From positions 18,923 to 82,922 of the forward strand of contig SVTG01000004.1 in the NCBI GenBank assembly GCA_015063895.1: a stretch of DNA of 64,000 nt, given 5' to 3'. The notes under the pieces were generated by a model, which did no database searches, was not told the DNA's origin, and worked only from the letters and a program-made list of their open reading frames with translations. The translations under genes and the position numbers were made by a program. Source of the stretch: Oscillospiraceae bacterium. Lineage in GTDB: Bacteria > Bacillota > Clostridia > Oscillospirales > CAG-272. Shown piece after piece: positions 10,015 to 19,801 of this stretch. Each line of letters opens with the position of its first letter. The first letter of the stretch is position 1.

Positions 10015-10536
10015 ATGAAACAATCAGGACTTTGGCAGTTGATGGGCTTTGCCGTGACGTCGCTTGGCGGCACGATCTTGCATTTTCTATACGAATGGCT
10101 GGGGAAAGCCGCGTGGATCGCACCGTTTTCGGGTGTGAACGAATCCACCTGGGAGCACATGAAGCTGCTGTTTTGGCCAATGTTTATCTTTGCGCTTGTA
10201 CAGAGCCTGTTTTTTAAGGACCGTGCGGATTTTTGGTGCGTGAAGCTCAAGGCTGTTTTGCTTGGTCTTGCGCTGATCCCCACTCTCTTTTACACCTATA
10301 ACGGTGTGGTTGGCAAGTCGCCGGATTGGCTCAATATTGCGATTTTCTTTGTGTGCGCTGCCATTGCCTATCTGGGGGAAGCGCGTTGGTTTCGGGAGGA
10401 TAAGACCGCCTGTAAACACCCAAAGCTCGCCGTGGCTGCGTTCTGCTCTCTCGCCGCTTTATTTATGCTCTTCACCTTCTTTGCCCCGAAGCTCGGTATT
10501 TTTCAAGACCCCTTGACGGGGGCTTACGGCATTTAA
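10015..10536 (+). CDS. Small polytopic membrane protein, function unknown
   Basis: About 5 TM segments, with motifs GGTILHFLYEW and ESTWEHMKLLFWP. It resembles the DUF6512-type family (name from memory, unverified). The ATG at 10015 follows AGGAGA. Confidence 0.4.
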   Translation: MKQSGLWQLMGFAVTSLGGTILHFLYEWLGKAAWIAPFSGVNESTWEHMKLLFWPMFIFALVQSLFFKDRADFWCVKLKAVLLGLALIPTLFYTYNGVVGKSPDWLNIAIFFVCAAIAYLGEARWFREDKTACKHPKLAVAAFCSLAALFMLFTFFAPKLGIFQDPLTGAYGI

Positions 10537-10572
10537 TTCAGCGCGCAAGCACGCAAAGCAGGCGGTCTTGCG

Positions 10573-10920
10573 TCACGCGTGATAGAGTTTGCGATAAGCG
10601 GTGGCACAAAGTCCCGTTTTTCTTTTAAAGGTCTTCATAAAATGGATCTCATCGGCAAACCCACAGGAAAATGCCACTGCGTGAACGGGCAGCGCGGTAG
10701 TTGCCAGCAGCTCGCGGGCAAGCTCTATGCGCTTTTGCACCACGTATTCGATGATCGTCACTCCGTAAGCCTTTTTAAATTGACGTAGCAGGTGCGCGTG
10801 ACTGATGCCCGCATCCTTGCATACCCCCTCAATGCTGAAGGTGGACAACGTGAAGCTACCGTCTATCATTTCCTTTATGCTCTGTATTTCCTCCGTGCGC
10901 TCGCCCGTACAGCACTCCAT
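10573..10920 (-). CDS. AraC-family HTH domain only (115 aa), probably the surviving C-terminus of a disrupted full-length regulator
   Basis: Tandem HTH_18-type helices (GISHAHLLRQFKKAYGVT ... AFSCGFADEIHFMKTFKRKTG). A cupin-like remnant reads in another frame just upstream (10958-11125). Confidence 0.6.
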   Translation of the reverse strand: MECCTGERTEEIQSIKEMIDGSFTLSTFSIEGVCKDAGISHAHLLRQFKKAYGVTIIEYVVQKRIELARELLATTALPVHAVAFSCGFADEIHFMKTFKRKTGLCATAYRKLYHA

Positions 10921-11127
10921 AATGCGATAAAAAAAGTGGAATTATTTTGCCAAGCGGTTATGGGCACTTTTTGAGGAAACAGTATACCTGCGGCATATCC
11001 GGTACGAGGCGGACGGAGAAACGGAGCTTTCCTTCTCCCTCAGCTTTTGCAACGCACCCCACCACAATCTGTACAACGCCGAGGGCTATATTGCCTCCCC
11101 CCTTCCGTATTACGCTTTCCCACTCAT

Positions 11128-11170
11128 CAAAAAGCCGCAAGAGCATCGGGCATTGCCCGTCCTTGCGGCT
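11128..11170 (-). terminator. Terminator of the sugar/Etf operon
   Basis: AGCCGCAAG/CTTGCGGCT stem enclosing an inner CGGGC/GCCCG hairpin, followed by T5 on the minus strand, 8 nt after the Etf stop. Confidence 0.7.
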
Positions 11171-11177
11171 TTTATTT

Positions 11178-12563
11178 TTATAGCTTGATATTTTCAATTT
11201 TTTCCAGGATACCGTAATCGGCGTAGTCAAATATGGGGGCTTCCCTGTCGGGATTGATGGCAATTACCGTGCCTGCCCCCGACATACCCGCGATATGATG
11301 CACAGCACCCGATATGCCGACGGCGATATAGAGGACGGGCGACAGCACCTTTCCCGTCAAGCCAACCTGCTTTTCGTAAGGCAGAAAATCGTTGTCCACC
11401 ATTTTGCGAGAGGCAGCCACCTCCGCACCAAGACGGGCGGCAAGCGCTTCAGCGGCGGCAAGAGAATCCTTGGCACCGTAGCCTATACCCACCACAACGT
11501 CGGAGGTATCGCCCTTGACGGTTCTGACGGTGGCCATAGCAGGACGGATCAGACTGCGGATTTCCGCTATCACGCTACCCGAAAGAGCGGGCCGTATCAT
11601 AAAAAGCTCCTTGCCGTCGGTATGAAGGGCGGTGCAATCGGCGCAAAGCCCCACATCCAACAGGGCCGCCACCTCCGCCGCCATCCGCTTGGAGGGAAAA
11701 TCGCTTCCCCACAAAACCGCATCGGGGCGCTCCTTTTGAATACACGCCGCCACACTTGCGGTGTCCGACAGCGGAATGACCCGTATATTCTCGCTCACAC
11801 CGCGAGCAAAGTCTACGGGCGCCTCCCCTACGCAAAGCACCGAGGGGAGCAATGCCTCTTTGGCTCTTTCGGGGCTTATGCGCTCTTTTCCCTTTTGCAA
11901 GGCATCCGCCACCGTTTCCAAAAGAGAGGCGGCGTCAATGAAGCGGCATTTTCTTTTGCCCGTTTGGTTCTCCTTGGTGGAGATAACCCTTGTTGGCGAG
12001 CCCTTCAAGCCGCATTTTTCAGCATCGGCGCCGATATCGGCGCAGGAAAGAACACGGCATTCGCCCGTAACGGAGCGAAGCCTTGGGCGTCTGAGCGTAT
12101 TGATGCGCTCTACTGTCAGCACAGCGGGAAGGGACACAGATTCCTCCTGCCATCTGGTTTTACAGGCTATACTATTCTCGGTGACGCTTTGAATCTGCAT
12201 CACGTTGGTGATAAGAGAATAGCCCAGCTTGGTGGCAAGCATCGCCCCCGTTTGGGCGGTATCGCCAACTAAGGTTTGCCGACCGCAGAATACAAGGTCG
12301 GGAGAAAGAAGCCTGATAGCCCTTTCCAGGGTATAGGCAGTTGCCAGCGTATCGGCGCCCGCAAAGGCGCTATCACTTAAAAGCACAGCCTCCTTGGCGC
12401 CAAGACGGGTCAAGGAAACCAGCATATCCCGCGCGCGCAAGGGTCCCATACTCAAAAGAATGACCTCGGCGCCCGCAATACGGAGAGCCTCCTCGTACGC
12501 CGAGGCGTCAAAGGGGTTAATTTCCCCGTCGAACCCCTGGCGAACACAAACCACTATTTTCAT
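11178..12563 (-). CDS. Fused electron-transfer flavoprotein, EtfB-like N-terminal half joined to an EtfA-like C-terminal half in one 461-aa chain
   Basis: The N-terminus MKIVVCVRQ...[11 protein letters not shown]...[15 protein letters not shown]...GLKGSPT is EtfB-like. The C-terminus ...[42 protein letters not shown]...[12 protein letters not shown] is the EtfA FAD-binding domain. Confidence 0.8.
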   Translation of the reverse strand: MKIVVCVRQGFDGEINPFDASAYEEALRIAGAEVILLSMGPLRARDMLVSLTRLGAKEAVLLSDSAFAGADTLATAYTLERAIRLLSPDLVFCGRQTLVGDTAQTGAMLATKLGYSLITNVMQIQSVTENSIACKTRWQEESVSLPAVLTVERINTLRRPRLRSVTGECRVLSCADIGADAEKCGLKGSPTRVISTKENQTGKRKCRFIDAASLLETVADALQKGKERISPERAKEALLPSVLCVGEAPVDFARGVSENIRVIPLSDTASVAACIQKERPDAVLWGSDFPSKRMAAEVAALLDVGLCADCTALHTDGKELFMIRPALSGSVIAEIRSLIRPAMATVRTVKGDTSDVVVGIGYGAKDSLAAAEALAARLGAEVAASRKMVDNDFLPYEKQVGLTGKVLSPVLYIAVGISGAVHHIAGMSGAGTVIAINPDREAPIFDYADYGILEKIENIKL

Positions 12564-13750
12564 GTTTTTTCTACCGTTTTTCCGCCAAGAATGACCCTTT
12601 TCAAGGTTAGCTCTCGGTCAAAAATCAAAAGGTCGGCATCCTTTCCTGCCGCAATGGAGCCCTTGCGCGCGGAAATACCCATACGGAGGGCAGGCGCCAG
12701 AGAAAGCATAACACAGGCATCGGAAAGAGATATGCCATAGCTTTGGCAAAGCACACGAAGGCATCTATCCATCGTGGCGATGCTTCCCGCAAAGGAGCTC
12801 ATATCCAACAGCTTCGCAACGCCATTGTCTACAATAACCTCGGTGCCCGCGTGCAGGCTTCCCAGCTTGCCGCTTTGCAAGGAGGATGCCGACAGGCGCA
12901 TACCGTCGGTAATGACGGATACCCCTTCTCTGCCCTTTATCTTCATAGCTAAGAGGATATCCTCCTTCGGGATATGACAGCCGTCCCCGATCAGCTCCAC
13001 GGTAACGTGATCGTTGAGATAGGTTGCCTCGTTGACACCCGCATACACCGTTTGCCCCCGTTTTCTGTGAGAGCTTGTGGCGTTATAAAAATGGGTAACG
13101 TGGGAAAATCCGTTCCGGTAGGCTGCCTCCGCTTGGGCGGCGGTGGCGTCTGTGTGCGCCACGGCAGCCACAATGCCAAGCTCCCGCATACGGTTGCCGA
13201 ATGTGGCGATACCGTCAAGCTCGGGGGCGGCGTCCCATCTGTGAATAGCGCCCCCGGCAAGCGCCAGCAGCGCCTCGGTTTCCTCCACGGTGGGAGAACG
13301 GAGAACGTCGCCCTTTTGCGCGCCGCGACTTAATTTCTCACCGCCATAGAAATAGGGTCCCTCCAGATGAACGCCGGGCGCTAAGGATGCGTAGGCGCTT
13401 CCTTCCTTGAAGGCGTGAAAGGCGGCAAGAAAGGCGGACAAATCCTCAAAGCTCGCCGCCACAGCGGTGGGATAGAGGGTGGTGGTGCCGTGGGCAAGGT
13501 GCGCCTTGATAGCGCCCTCAAAGGCATCCACCGTAGCGTCCATAAAATCGTGTCCGCCGCCCCCGTGGACGTGAATATCCACAAAACCGGGAAGGACGTA
13601 GCCGCCCTCCGCATCCATCACCTCGCACTCGCAGGCGGCGCCCGTATAGGCGAGGGTCTCTATTTTGCCGCCGCAAAGCGAGAGGATCTTGCCATCCAGA
13701 ATGCCGTCGGGGGTGACGAGGGCGCCGTTTTGTATCAAAACACGCTTCAT
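12560..13750 (-). CDS. N-acetyl-hexosamine-6-phosphate deacetylase (NagA/AgaA family amidohydrolase)
   Basis: [17 protein letters not shown] metal-binding motif; 396 aa; 4-nt overlap with the downstream Etf gene. Confidence 0.75.
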   Translation of the reverse strand: MKRVLIQNGALVTPDGILDGKILSLCGGKIETLAYTGAACECEVMDAEGGYVLPGFVDIHVHGGGGHDFMDATVDAFEGAIKAHLAHGTTTLYPTAVAASFEDLSAFLAAFHAFKEGSAYASLAPGVHLEGPYFYGGEKLSRGAQKGDVLRSPTVEETEALLALAGGAIHRWDAAPELDGIATFGNRMRELGIVAAVAHTDATAAQAEAAYRNGFSHVTHFYNATSSHRKRGQTVYAGVNEATYLNDHVTVELIGDGCHIPKEDILLAMKIKGREGVSVITDGMRLSASSLQSGKLGSLHAGTEVIVDNGVAKLLDMSSFAGSIATMDRCLRVLCQSYGISLSDACVMLSLAPALRMGISARKGSIAAGKDADLLIFDRELTLKRVILGGKTVEKT

Positions 13751-13751
13751 A

Positions 13752-14606
13752 TTACTTGTTGTAAACTCTGATTTGGGAAACAGGGCACGCCGTTGCTACG
13801 GCTGCGGCGTACACCATCGCGTCGGGGTGTCCCTGGAAGAGGGTGCAGGGTACGGAGGCAGTCTTCTCACCGTGCAGAATCTTACGGAGAGCGGCGGCGT
13901 TCCAGTCACGGGGCATACACATACGAACCTTCTTCGCCAGCAGCATTTCCTTCATACCGACGGTGATGCAGTTTTCGGGAATGGCTTCAATATTGGCGCC
14001 GCAGTTCATAAAGGCGTTGATGGTTCTGGTTTCTCTGGTGATTTTCAGGGTTCTGGTGGGACGGGCGGCGAACTCCTCGGGCGTAACAACCTCACCGGGC
14101 TCCGGAGGCTCGTTGAAGGCGTAGTGGCCGTTGATGCCAACGCCGCCAAAGACCATATCGAGCTTACCGTAGCTCTCTATAATCTCCATGACTCTGCCCT
14201 CGTTGCCGGGCTCGGGGAAAATGCGGTTTTCGGGAAGAACGTTCAGCTCCTCGTCCACCTTGGAATAGAAGGTTCTGTCCATACCGCCTCTGAAGGAAAG
14301 GGGATGGTTGTAATCAATATAGGTGCCGTCCTCGTTGAGATACTCGTCCATATTGATAAAGACGCACTTTTTCAAGGAAATACGGTACTTGTTCACAAGC
14401 TCCGCAATGCGGGCGTAGGGGCCAAGGGGGCCGTAGGGCACTACCATAACGGTGGGCTCGCCCTTTCTATTATTCTCGGCGATTACCTCCAGAACCTCGA
14501 TAGCCACCCTCCAGTACATATCGACCTCGTGCTCACATACGCTGAGCTTTACCTTGCTTCCTTCTGCAAGCTTTTCGGGGGGAATTAAATTGATGTTCAT
14601 ACTCAT
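13752..14606 (-). CDS. Hexosamine-6-phosphate deaminase/isomerase-like protein (NagB/AgaI superfamily, long form)
   Basis: GVGINGHYAFNEP active-site-region motif; 284 aa; RBS AAAGGAG. Confidence 0.7.
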   Translation of the reverse strand: MSMNINLIPPEKLAEGSKVKLSVCEHEVDMYWRVAIEVLEVIAENNRKGEPTVMVVPYGPLGPYARIAELVNKYRISLKKCVFINMDEYLNEDGTYIDYNHPLSFRGGMDRTFYSKVDEELNVLPENRIFPEPGNEGRVMEIIESYGKLDMVFGGVGINGHYAFNEPPEPGEVVTPEEFAARPTRTLKITRETRTINAFMNCGANIEAIPENCITVGMKEMLLAKKVRMCMPRDWNAAALRKILHGEKTASVPCTLFQGHPDAMVYAAAVATACPVSQIRVYNK

Positions 14607-14618
14607 TTTCTTTCTCCT

Positions 14619-16091
14619 TTACTGATTTTCCCGGTAAATTTCTGCCAGGGCTTTTTGTATTTTTTTGTATTTTGCAAACAGTTTCTGATATTTTTCGGTG
14701 TTCTCACGAATGGGCGTGACGGTTCTTTCCGTCTTGATTGCCAGCTTTATTGCCTCGTCAAAGCTTTTGAAAACACCCAGCGCCACACCTGCCAGCATAG
14801 CGGCACCCAAGGAGGAGTCGCTGCTTTGGGTAATGCGCAGCTCCATCCCCAAGGCGTCTGCCACTATCTGACTCCAAAGGGGCGATTTGGCGCCGCCGCC
14901 AATGAGCGTTGCCGTTTTGCCCGTTCGAATGCCGATGGATTCCAAATACGCCTTGGAATCCAGAAGCGACAGGGCGACACCCTCTAAAACGGCTCTGGAA
15001 AAATGCGCCTTAGTATGGGTTGCCCGCATTCCCGTAAAGCTGGCGCAAAGGGTGGGGTCGGCATAGGGCGTCAGCTCTCCCTTCAGATAGGGATGATAGA
15101 AGAGCCCTTCCGCACCAATAGGAACCTCTGCCGCCGCCTGATCCATTTCGGCGTAATCACCGCCGAAGGTATCTCGGTACCAGCGATAGCTGGAGGCTGC
15201 CGCCTTGGTTGCCGTCCCGGGGTACCAAAGACCCTTGACAACGTGAGAATAGTTTACAAGGTGTCTATCGGGTCGGGCTTCTTCGGTCATCACGCAAATT
15301 CTGCCCGCTGTTGCCAGCTTCACGGTTGTATCGCCCTTGGCAATGGCACCTGACGCCAACACCTCAAGGGCGGTATCCGTGGTACCGCATATCACGGCAG
15401 TTCCCTCGGCAAGTCCCGTCATTTTGGCCGCCTTGGGGGTGATGCTTCCCACGATGTCGGTGGGATTTTTAACAGGGGGGAGCATAGCGGGGGTAATGCC
15501 CGCCAGGGCGCAAAGCTCCCCGTCCCATTGCATTTCGTTGCAGTTGAAGAGCATACTGCCCTCTGCCTCGATGTAGTCGGTGGCGTACACGTCCGTCAAG
15601 AGATAGCGCAGGTAGTCCTTTTCGAAGAAAACGTAACGCCCGCGCCGAAACAGCTCCGACTGATTGCGCCGCAGCCATAGCAGCTGGGGCAGCGTCCATA
15701 TGGTGTCGGGCTTATGGAAGGTTTTGGAAAAGATCTCCTCCCCCTTTTCCCTTTGCAAGGCATCTGCCTCGGCACGGCTTCTGGTGTCCGTCCAATGAAT
15801 GGCACGGGAAAGGGGCCGAAAGCTCTCGTCTGCCAGCAAAAAGGTATGGGTGGCGGAGTCTAGCGCAACGCCTACGATATCCCGAGGGTTGACGCCGCTT
15901 TTTTGCAGGATCTCTCTCGTATTACAAAGGAGCGCCGCCTCCCAATCCGAGGGGGACTGCTCACAGCCGCCGTCCTCGGTATAGAGGGTGGGGTATTCTA
16001 CGGTGCTTTGTGCAACGATTTTCCCCGTCCCGTCTAGCAGCGTTGCCTTGGAGGCGCCGCCGCCAAAGTCAATGCCTAATAAATATGTCAT
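14619..16091 (-). CDS. FGGY-family sugar kinase (xylulokinase-like)
   Basis: N-terminus LLGIDFGGGASKATL and C-terminus LIGGGAKSPLWSQIVADALG. The start was moved to the ATG at 16091, 7 nt after AAGGAAGG. Confidence 0.8.
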   Translation of the reverse strand: MTYLLGIDFGGGASKATLLDGTGKIVAQSTVEYPTLYTEDGGCEQSPSDWEAALLCNTREILQKSGVNPRDIVGVALDSATHTFLLADESFRPLSRAIHWTDTRSRAEADALQREKGEEIFSKTFHKPDTIWTLPQLLWLRRNQSELFRRGRYVFFEKDYLRYLLTDVYATDYIEAEGSMLFNCNEMQWDGELCALAGITPAMLPPVKNPTDIVGSITPKAAKMTGLAEGTAVICGTTDTALEVLASGAIAKGDTTVKLATAGRICVMTEEARPDRHLVNYSHVVKGLWYPGTATKAAASSYRWYRDTFGGDYAEMDQAAAEVPIGAEGLFYHPYLKGELTPYADPTLCASFTGMRATHTKAHFSRAVLEGVALSLLDSKAYLESIGIRTGKTATLIGGGAKSPLWSQIVADALGMELRITQSSDSSLGAAMLAGVALGVFKSFDEAIKLAIKTERTVTPIRENTEKYQKLFAKYKKIQKALAEIYRENQ

Positions 16092-16156
16092 ATACAAGCC
16101 TTCCTTTTTTCGCTCTGCCGCAAGGGGATAATCACCCTTATCGGGGCAAGAGGAAA

Positions 16157-16945
16157 TTATTTAATCCAGTCGTGCTCGGGGTCGTTAGAGCGGTTGAAGC
16201 CCTGGTAATCGCCCGCCATCAGCCACAAAAAATAGGTTTTGTAGCCAGGGGTAGCCACGGTGGTATGGAAGCCACGGGGAAACTCCACCAGCTCATCGTT
16301 CTTCACACGGTACGCCTCCTCAATTTCGCCGTCACCCGTATACAGGCATTGCACGGCGAAGCCCTGCTTGGGCTCAAAGAGGAAATAATAAATTTCCTCG
16401 GCGACGCACTCGGTGGGCATATTGTCCTCATCGTGCTTATGGGGAGGGAAGCCCGCCCAGTTGCCCTCGGCAACGTATGCCTCGCCAACGGTCAGTATTT
16501 TGGCGTTGGTGGTGCCGTCAATGAGGAAGGTGGTTTCTCTTTGGAAGGGGACTCTGCCCAGAAGCTTCACGGGCACTCTCTCCGCGCGCAAAAGCTGGGG
16601 CTCACCCTTCTCTGCCACGGGGGTGGCGCAAACGGCAATTTTCAGGTTGTCCCGTGCCGTAATGTCGAGGCTCATATCGCGGGGCATAAAAAAGCTTTCA
16701 GCCCGCTTGTTCTCAAAAACGGAGCTGCGATTGCCGACATTCTCCCATTTTTCATTGTCAAACGTCACGTCACAATGCCCCTCGAGCAGAATAAAGGCAG
16801 TTTCCTTATCCTCGGTGCTGTAACGGAGGCTTTCTCCCGCACCAAGCGCAATAATACCGAACTCCAGCCGCTTAAGGGAGCATTCACCGATCTTACACAT
16901 GGGGGTATAGCCCTTTTGGGGCAGATAAGTCTTTTTATAATTCAT
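16157..16945 (-). CDS. KduI/IolB-family sugar isomerase (5-deoxy-glucuronate isomerase-like)
   Basis: 262-aa cupin with PPHKHDE...EEIYYF...GFHTTVATPGYKTYFLWLMAGD, typical of IolB. Confidence 0.65.
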   Translation of the reverse strand: MNYKKTYLPQKGYTPMCKIGECSLKRLEFGIIALGAGESLRYSTEDKETAFILLEGHCDVTFDNEKWENVGNRSSVFENKRAESFFMPRDMSLDITARDNLKIAVCATPVAEKGEPQLLRAERVPVKLLGRVPFQRETTFLIDGTTNAKILTVGEAYVAEGNWAGFPPHKHDEDNMPTECVAEEIYYFLFEPKQGFAVQCLYTGDGEIEEAYRVKNDELVEFPRGFHTTVATPGYKTYFLWLMAGDYQGFNRSNDPEHDWIK

Positions 16946-17846
16946 AACCGTTCTCCTTCATATATGCTTTGACAGCTTCAAAGCGCGGCACGCTTTCGCG
17001 CGCCCCCACACCCATACACTTCATAGCGGACACGGCACTGGCAAAGTGACAGCACTTTTCGTATCCGTAGCCCTTGACCACGCCTGCGGCAAAGGCACCG
17101 TGAAAGACGTCACCCGAGCCGTTGGAATCCTTCACCTCGGCAGGATATATGGGATAATAGGAAAGGCTTTCGCCGTCATAAATCAAGCCGCCTCTTTTTC
17201 CCTGGGTAACAACCACGATTTCGGGAGAATAGAGGTCATAGAGCTTCCTTGCCGCCTCCTCGGCGGTGGTGGCGCCTGTGTGCCCGATGGCAAACTCCTC
17301 GGAGGGAATCATAATGTCGGTCTGCGCCAGGAGCGCCGCGACGCCCTCGTAAAGACCGCCGCAATCGTATAGCACCTTGGTGCCTGCTTCTTTCGCAATA
17401 ATGGCAGCCTCTACCGCCGCCTCTAACTCGTTGCCGTCCACCATCAGAAGCGCCGCTTCCCTGACAGCCTGCCTTTGCGCCTCGGAAAGAGAGAGGGGAG
17501 GCAGGTTGCCCTTGTCGAAAACGCAGGTGCGCGCGGTGGAATCGGCAGACAGCCAAAGCACCGAGGTAAAGGAGCGGTAGCCGCTCTTGATTTCCACAAG
17601 GTCGGTGGCAACGCCGTATGCTTCAAAATCCTTCTTTAAGAAGGCGCCGCCGTTATCATCGGACAAAACGCCGATATACGCCGCTGATTCTCCGAGCTTT
17701 TGCGCGGCAACCAGCCCCGTTGCGGTGGGGCCGCCGCCTGCGGGCTTACAGGAGGTGGCGCGCATTTTGGTATCTTCCTTGGGATAGGTGGGGACGTTAT
17801 AAAGCGTATCAAACACGCAAGCGCCTATTCCGACTATCTTTGCCAT
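16935..17846 (-). CDS. PfkB-family sugar(-phosphate) kinase
   Basis: Ribokinase-fold motifs GGGPTATG and DSNGSGDVFHGAF. The ATG at 17846 lies 1 nt after the aldolase stop. Confidence 0.8.
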   Translation of the reverse strand: MAKIVGIGACVFDTLYNVPTYPKEDTKMRATSCKPAGGGPTATGLVAAQKLGESAAYIGVLSDDNGGAFLKKDFEAYGVATDLVEIKSGYRSFTSVLWLSADSTARTCVFDKGNLPPLSLSEAQRQAVREAALLMVDGNELEAAVEAAIIAKEAGTKVLYDCGGLYEGVAALLAQTDIMIPSEEFAIGHTGATTAEEAARKLYDLYSPEIVVVTQGKRGGLIYDGESLSYYPIYPAEVKDSNGSGDVFHGAFAAGVVKGYGYEKCCHFASAVSAMKCMGVGARESVPRFEAVKAYMKENGYEL

Positions 17847-17847
17847 A

Positions 17848-18690
17848 TCAGTCAGCCCTTCCGTCAGCGCCCACCAGCTTGATTTTAGAAATGCAGAAGC
17901 TCTTGACAGCCTCAATGGGCTTTTTCATAAAGGTATCGATAGCAACGGGTCTTTGGGGATCGTTTACGACCTCCTTGCAGGTATCAAGGAAGGAATAGCA
18001 AAGGTCGGTGGCGAAATTCATTTTGCGAATGCCCTCCGCAACAGCCTTTTTAATTTCCTCGTCGGGAACACCCGAGCCGCCGTGCAGAACCAATGCCGCA
18101 CCGCCCGTTGCCGCGCGAATCGCCTTGATGCGCTCAATGTCCAGCTTGGGCGGCTTTTTATATCTGCCGTGCGCCGTGCCAACGGCAACCGCCAGACAGC
18201 AGACGCCCGTTTCCTCCACGAAGCGCTTGGCGTCCTCGGGGGTGGTAAACTCGTCCATCGTATCGTCCTTGGTGGTGCCTACGTGCCCAAGCTCGCCCTC
18301 CACCTGCACGTCAAGATAGCGGCAGGTATCCGCTACTCTTTTGGTTAAGGCAATATTCTCCTCAAAGGGGAGGGTGGAGCCGTCCAGCATAATACCCGTG
18401 GCGCCGTAGCAAAGAGAACGGGTGGTTTCCAGCTCCGAGGGGCCGTGGTCCAGGTGGAAGCAGACGGGAACGGTGGCGCGGGCTGCCGCCGCCAGAATAA
18501 CGGGGGAAAGGAAATAACCCGTTTCCTCCTTCATCAAGCGGGGGTACACCTGCATAATGACGGGGGCGCGCGCCTCCTCGGCGGCGTGCAGCACGCCAAT
18601 CACGCTTTCCATATTATAGACGTTGAAGGCGGGGACGCAAAAGCCGCCCTTTTCCGCCATTCCGATAATCGTTTGAAGATTGACCAGCAT
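17848..18690 (-). CDS. Class II ketose-bisphosphate aldolase (GatY/KbaY/IolJ family)
   Basis: VPAFNVYNMES...PVIMQV...HLDHG...LVLHGGSG motifs. Confidence 0.8.
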   Translation of the reverse strand: MLVNLQTIIGMAEKGGFCVPAFNVYNMESVIGVLHAAEEARAPVIMQVYPRLMKEETGYFLSPVILAAAARATVPVCFHLDHGPSELETTRSLCYGATGIMLDGSTLPFEENIALTKRVADTCRYLDVQVEGELGHVGTTKDDTMDEFTTPEDAKRFVEETGVCCLAVAVGTAHGRYKKPPKLDIERIKAIRAATGGAALVLHGGSGVPDEEIKKAVAEGIRKMNFATDLCYSFLDTCKEVVNDPQRPVAIDTFMKKPIEAVKSFCISKIKLVGADGRAD

Positions 18691-18702
18691 CGCTTTTCTC
18701 CT

Positions 18703-19788
18703 TTATTGCAGTATGAGGTCTTCTAAGGAATAGATGGCAAAGCCCTCCTCCGCTGCTGCCTTCAGGGCGGCGTATTCGGACACGGAGGCGGTAACGATGG
18801 CGGTAGCGCCAATGCTCTTGGCATTGAAAATTCTTCTCTTGGCAACCTCTTCGATAACCTTCGGCATATACTGCGCCATCAGAATGTTGCCCGCAAAGAT
18901 AGTTCCCTTGCGGTTCAGATGCATTTCGGAAAGCTCGGCAAAGGCGCCGATGACCTCTCTTGCCTCCTCGGTTTCCTCTAAATCGCGTGCCAGCTGATAG
19001 GGGTCCTGGTACACCACGCGCGTATCGCTCTTTTGCGCCTTCAGCTTGTTTTCCTTCAGCAAAGAGGCAAGGAAGGCGGTATAGGTGACAACCGTTGCCT
19101 TCACCTCGATGCCGTACTCCTTGTACAGCTGCTTGATAGTCTTGGCGTCCTCGGGGTCATAAACAACCACGGTTTTATAGCCATTCAGCGCCTTGGCGCA
19201 GGCAGCCATCATCTCGGCGGTTTCATCCGCCTTGCCGATAAGGAACTCCAACTGCGCTCCCGAGGGAGCCTCGTTTTCCAAAAGCGTAAAGGCAACCCCC
19301 GCCTTATCCAAAACCGCCACAGCCTTGCACGCCTCGGCGCACATCATATATCTGGCATCTACACCCAGGAAAAGCAGGGTGTCGGTCTTAGCGGAATGGG
19401 CGTTGATCGCGGCGGTAAGGCTCTCGCAGAGAGCATTCTTGCCGTAGGCGTTACCAAAGGTGAGGCAATTCTCTACCATAGTATTGATGTAGGGAGGGAG
19501 CTTATCCTCCAAGGCTGCCTGCAATCTTGCCTCCTTGGCGAACATAACGGGGTCCCAGCCCGTGACACACTCGTGAACGCAGGCGCCGCAGGTGGCACAT
19601 TCGTACACGTTGTCCATTACCTCAGAAAGGTCGATAGCCTCACGGTTGACCAAGGACAGACCCAGGGCTCTGGCTCTGGGAGTGCTTCTCTCCTGTCCCG
19701 TGGCGTTGCCGATGGGGCAGATGTGATGACACATCCAGCAGAAGCGACAGGAATCTATATGCTGTTTGCTTTTTTCAGACATGATCAT
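18703..19788 (-). CDS. (Fe-S)-binding subunit, GlcF/LutA/GlpC-like
   Basis: Two ferredoxin-type clusters, CRFCWMCHHICP and CATCGACVHEC, plus a C-terminal CCG-like domain. The start was taken at ATG 19788, 9 nt after AAGGAG. Confidence 0.7.
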   Translation of the reverse strand: MIMSEKSKQHIDSCRFCWMCHHICPIGNATGQERSTPRARALGLSLVNREAIDLSEVMDNVYECATCGACVHECVTGWDPVMFAKEARLQAALEDKLPPYINTMVENCLTFGNAYGKNALCESLTAAINAHSAKTDTLLFLGVDARYMMCAEACKAVAVLDKAGVAFTLLENEAPSGAQLEFLIGKADETAEMMAACAKALNGYKTVVVYDPEDAKTIKQLYKEYGIEVKATVVTYTAFLASLLKENKLKAQKSDTRVVYQDPYQLARDLEETEEAREVIGAFAELSEMHLNRKGTIFAGNILMAQYMPKVIEEVAKRRIFNAKSIGATAIVTASVSEYAALKAAAEEGFAIYSLEDLILQ

Positions 19789-19801
19789 AGCTGTTCTCTC
19801 C

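Noticed and set aside
13665-14588. 307-aa ORF antisense to the NagB-like gene; similar antisense ORFs at 11295-12272, 16010-16972, 19033-19818, 20501-21256, 60223-61089 and 62843-63430
   Set aside because: All lie opposite motif-supported genes and lack an RBS. Shadow frames.
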